From Escherichia phage Ro45lw: a DNA stretch of 39,793 nucleotides. The stretch lies in the sequence record NC_048136.1; one strand, given 5' to 3'. The notes under the pieces are model-generated. The model worked only from the letters and a program-made list of their open reading frames with translations. It was not told the DNA's origin and made no database searches. Position 1 is the first letter of the stretch, and each line of letters opens with the position of its first letter. Shown one piece after another: positions 36,710 to 39,793 of this stretch. The position numbers and the translations under genes were made by a program.

Positions 36710-38476
36710 ATGTCTAAGAAAACACCTGCTGAAAGACAGGCTGAAATGACCCAAAGGATGCGGGATGACTTCGTGTTCTTCATCTTCGTTCTCTGGAAAG
36801 CGCTGAGCCTTCCGGTTCCAACCAGATGTCAGATAGATATGTGTAAGAAGCTGGCTGCTGGCGATAACCGACGCTTCATCCTTCAGGCGTTCCGTGGTAT
36901 TGGCAAATCGTTTCTGACCTGTGGTTTCGTGGTCTGGAAGCTATGGAACAACCCAGACTTGAAGTTCATGATTGTGTCAGCCTCAAAGGAACGTGCTGAC
37001 GCGAACTCCATCTTCATCAAGCGAATCATTGACCTGATGCCTCAGCTCCAAGAGTTGAAGCCTAAGCAGGGGCAGCGAGATGCTGTTATCAGCTTCGACG
37101 TTGGGCCAGCCAAACCAGACCACTCACCCTCGGTTAAGTCCGTTGGTATCACTGGTCAGTTGACTGGTAGTCGTGCTGACATCCTGATTGCCGATGACGT
37201 GGAGGTTCCAAACAACTCAGCGACTCAGGCTGCACGAGACCGTCTGTCAGAGCTTGTAAAAGAGTTCGATGCTATCCTGAAGCCGGGAGGTACAATCATC
37301 TATCTGGGCACTCCTCAGAACGAGATGACCCTGTATCGTGAGCTAGAAGGACGTGGGTACTCCACTACTATCTGGCCAGCTCGTTATCCGCGCGACAGGA
37401 AGGACTGGCAGTCTTACGGCGACCGTCTGGCTCCTATGCTTCAGGCAGAGCTTGAAGAGGACCCTGAGTCCTTCTACTGGCGTCCGACCGATGAGGTACG
37501 CTTCGATGATACGGACCTGAAGGAACGTGAGCTGTCATACGGTAAGGCTGGCTTCGCTCTACAGTTCATGCTTAACCCTAACCTGAGTGATGCAGAGAAG
37601 TACCCACTGAAGCTCCGTGACCTTATCGTAGCAGACTTGGACCCAGCGTCTAGCCCAATGGTCTACCAATGGTTGCCGAACCCTCAGAACAAGCGTGAGG
37701 ACGTTCCTAACGTTGGACTCATGGGTGACTCGTACCACACGTATCAGACTGTAGGTTCTGCCTTCAGTTCGTACACCCAGAAGATTCTGGTCATTGACCC
37801 TAGTGGTCGTGGTAAGGATGAAACTGGTTATGCGGTACTATACCAGCTCAACGGCTACATCTTCGCTATGGAAGTTGGTGGTATGCGTGGTGGGTATGAA
37901 GACTCTACGCTGGAAGCATTGGCTAAGATTGGTCGTAAGTGGAAGGTCAACGAATACGTCATTGAGGGTAACTTCGGTGATGGTATGTACCTTGAGCTAT
38001 TCAAGCCTGTAGCGGCCCGTATCCATCCTGCGGCTGTAACTGAAGTGAAGAGTAAGGGTCAGAAAGAACTCCGCATCTGTGACGTTCTGGAGCCTATCAT
38101 GGGGTCTCACAGACTTATCGTTAACGCTGCTGCTATCGTCCAAGATTACCAGTCAGCCTCTGATAAGGACGGTGTTCGTAACCCTATCTACTCTCTCTTC
38201 TACCAGATGACCCGTATCAGCCGTGAACGTGGGGCCTTGGCTCACGATGACCGACTTGATGCTCTGGCTATCGGTGTACAGTTCTTCGTAGAGTCTATGG
38301 CGAAGGATGCCGTAAAGGGACAGCGTGAAGTCACTGAGGAGTGGCTGGAGGAGCAGATGGAGGACCCACGGAAAGGCTTCAAGTCCATCGAGACTGACTA
38401 CTGGGACAATGGGGTCAGGGTCCAGTTCAATACAGATGATGACTTAGGCTTGGGGTCCTACGTACAATTTCATTAA
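36710..38476 (+). CDS. 19: Terminase large subunit
   Basis: [37 protein letters not shown] (Walker A), [55 protein letters not shown] match T7 gp19; ATG 36710 gives a T7-like N-terminal length, GTG 36653 is the alternative. Confidence 0.9.
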   Translation: MSKKTPAERQAEMTQRMRDDFVFFIFVLWKALSLPVPTRCQIDMCKKLAAGDNRRFILQAFRGIGKSFLTCGFVVWKLWNNPDLKFMIVSASKERADANSIFIKRIIDLMPQLQELKPKQGQRDAVISFDVGPAKPDHSPSVKSVGITGQLTGSRADILIADDVEVPNNSATQAARDRLSELVKEFDAILKPGGTIIYLGTPQNEMTLYRELEGRGYSTTIWPARYPRDRKDWQSYGDRLAPMLQAELEEDPESFYWRPTDEVRFDDTDLKERELSYGKAGFALQFMLNPNLSDAEKYPLKLRDLIVADLDPASSPMVYQWLPNPQNKREDVPNVGLMGDSYHTYQTVGSAFSSYTQKILVIDPSGRGKDETGYAVLYQLNGYIFAMEVGGMRGGYEDSTLEALAKIGRKWKVNEYVIEGNFGDGMYLELFKPVAARIHPAAVTEVKSKGQKELRICDVLEPIMGSHRLIVNAAAIVQDYQSASDKDGVRNPIYSLFYQMTRISRERGALAHDDRLDALAIGVQFFVESMAKDAVKGQREVTEEWLEEQMEDPRKGFKSIETDYWDNGVRVQFNTDDDLGLGSYVQFH

Positions 38477-38485
38477 GGAGGTATA

Positions 38486-39028
38486 ATGGCAAAGGCGAAG
38501 GACATCGACAGGGTGTCCCTCTTTGACCACTACGCATACGTTGACGGACAGTTGGTGTGCAGGAAGCCTTATGGCAGCTCGAAGAAGACTCCGGGTGAGC
38601 CTATGGGCTTCTCTGTACACCCTTCCGGCTATGCGATAGTGAAAGTGCTCGGAAGTCGTTACAGGCGCTCTCGCATCATCTACAGTCTAGCTGTGGGTCG
38701 AATCCCGAATGGTATGCTGGTTGACCACATCAACGGTGACAGACTGGATGACAGGCCAGAGAACTACAGGCTGGTCACTGAGTTGGAGAACCGATGGAAC
38801 TCCGCAGGTGGCGAGTCTAATGGTCTCCCTAAGGGTATCAGCTTCTTCAAGCCAACCGGGAAGTATCGCGCTCAGTTGCGACTTCAGGGTAAGTGCTTCA
38901 CTAAGACTTCGGACTCCATAGAGGAGCTTGAGGTCTGGCTGGAGGACTTAAGGTCAGAGAAGCACAAAGAATACTCAGTAAGCCTACGGTCCCCTAAGCG
39001 TGATAGGACCCGTAGAAACCACAAGTAA
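38486..39028 (+). CDS. HNH endonuclease with AP2-like DNA-binding region (putative homing endonuclease), 180 aa
   Basis: GYAIVKV...RRSRIIYSLAVGRIPNGMLVDHINGDRLDDRPENYRLVTELEN is an HNH core; RBS AAGGAGG; AGG/AGA/ATA codons. Confidence 0.8.
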   Translation: MAKAKDIDRVSLFDHYAYVDGQLVCRKPYGSSKKTPGEPMGFSVHPSGYAIVKVLGSRYRRSRIIYSLAVGRIPNGMLVDHINGDRLDDRPENYRLVTELENRWNSAGGESNGLPKGISFFKPTGKYRAQLRLQGKCFTKTSDSIEELEVWLEDLRSEKHKEYSVSLRSPKRDRTRRNHK

Positions 39029-39041
39029 AATCAGGCAGTTA

Positions 39042-39064
39042 ACTTAACTATCACTATAGGGATG
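39042..39064 (+). promoter_or_regulatory. Phage-RNAP promoter near the right end (phiOR-like)
   Basis: AACTTAACTATCACTATAGGGATG. Confidence 0.75.
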
Positions 39065-39207
39065 GGGGACTACAGGGGGGGACCTACTATATGCCGACCA
39101 AAAGTTAGCAATAGAGTAGACTCTAAGTTCTCCTCTCAGTCGTGAGGGTAGTGATGATAATCACCCTCATAACTTAAGTAGACCCTAAGCGACAGGAGGT
39201 ATGTAGC

Positions 39208-39366
39208 ATGGGTAAGACCAAAGCTGTTCTCAAAGCTCTGGCGACCAATCGAGCTACATACAGGTTTCTTGCTGCTGTTCTACTTGCTGCTGGCGTTACT
39301 GCTGGAAGTCAGTGGGTCGGGTGGGTCGAGACTCTCGTATGTACTCTGGTGTCTGAGTGTCATTAA
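39208..39366 (+). CDS. Small hydrophobic ORF, 52 aa (gene 19.5 position)
   Basis: RBS CAGGAGG 7 nt upstream; predicted membrane-like segment FLAAVLLAAGVTAG. Confidence 0.4.
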   Translation: MGKTKAVLKALATNRATYRFLAAVLLAAGVTAGSQWVGWVETLVCTLVSECH

Positions 39367-39526
39367 CGCCATCATGGTAACAATCAACGAAAGACGGACC
39401 TAAGGTCAGTTCATAGCTGACGCTACTCTACTGACCTTAGCTACTGTAGTCAAGGACTTTAGGTAACACCTTAAGAGAAGCTCACTTAGGGTCATCCTAC
39501 TTACTGGTCTACCCTAGTGTCGCCTG

Positions 39527-39567
39527 ACCTACGGTCCTTGACCTACAGTGGCTGTGGCCTACAGTAG
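39527..39567 (+). repeat. Short direct repeats CCTAC(A/G)GT (3 copies) immediately inside the right terminal repeat
   Basis: cctacggtcc, cctacagtgg, cctacagtag; related to the CCTACAGTCA array at the left end. Confidence 0.5.
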
Positions 39568-39603
39568 GGACGATGAGTTTTGGACCAAAAGTTTGAGACC
39601 ACA

Positions 39604-39793
39604 TCTCACAGTTCAAGAACCTCAAGTCTCCCCATAGGCCCTCTTTCAGTCCAGACTCAAGGCCCTACCCCTAGACCTTCGGTCTAAACCTCAAGTCTTT
39701 GACCCAAGGTTGACCCGAAGTCTGGACCGATATGGCCTATATCTAGTGGCTGGGACGATGGGTCGGGACTATATGTTGTGTCTCCGAGTCTCT
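39604..39793. repeat. Right direct terminal repeat (190 bp)
   Basis: Exact copy of bases 1-190. Confidence 0.9.

Overview
This window looks like the complete linear genome of a T7-like podophage (Autographiviridae, T7 supergroup): 39,793 bp bounded by 190-bp direct terminal repeats (1-190 = 39604-39793), with every credible gene on the + strand in canonical T7 order (Ocr 0.3, RNA polymerase 1, ligase 1.3, SSB 2.5, endonuclease 3, amidase 3.5, primase-helicase 4, DNA polymerase 5, exonuclease 6, portal 8, scaffold 9, capsid 10, tail tube 11/12, internal virion proteins 13-16, tail fibre 17, holin, terminase S, Rz/Rz1, terminase L). All homology statements rest on reading the translations against remembered T7 protein sequences; no database search was run. 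Two sigma70-type early promoters sit at the left end, and twelve copies of a phage-RNAP promoter (consensus TAAACTATCACTATAGG, distinct from the T7, T3 and SP6 consensus sequences) precede gene blocks; a T-phi-like terminator follows the capsid gene. The most notable feature is that the DNA polymerase gene is split by a 598-bp insertion with the hallmarks of a group I intron carrying an HNH homing endonuclease. Four further nuclease genes are inserted between conserved genes (HNH between 7.3 and 8, endonuclease-VII-like between 13 and 14, HNH between 15 and 16, HNH-AP2 after terminase L). Other points worth follow-up: a C-terminally extended Ocr, a gp16 whose N-terminal domain is not the T7 transglycosylase domain, a conserved G GTT TTC slippery site predicting a capsid 10B frameshift product, a tail fibre with a pectate-lyase-like C-terminal region, and a phage-promoter-like element directly upstream of the RNA polymerase gene. 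No tRNA, rRNA, CRISPR array or integrase was seen.
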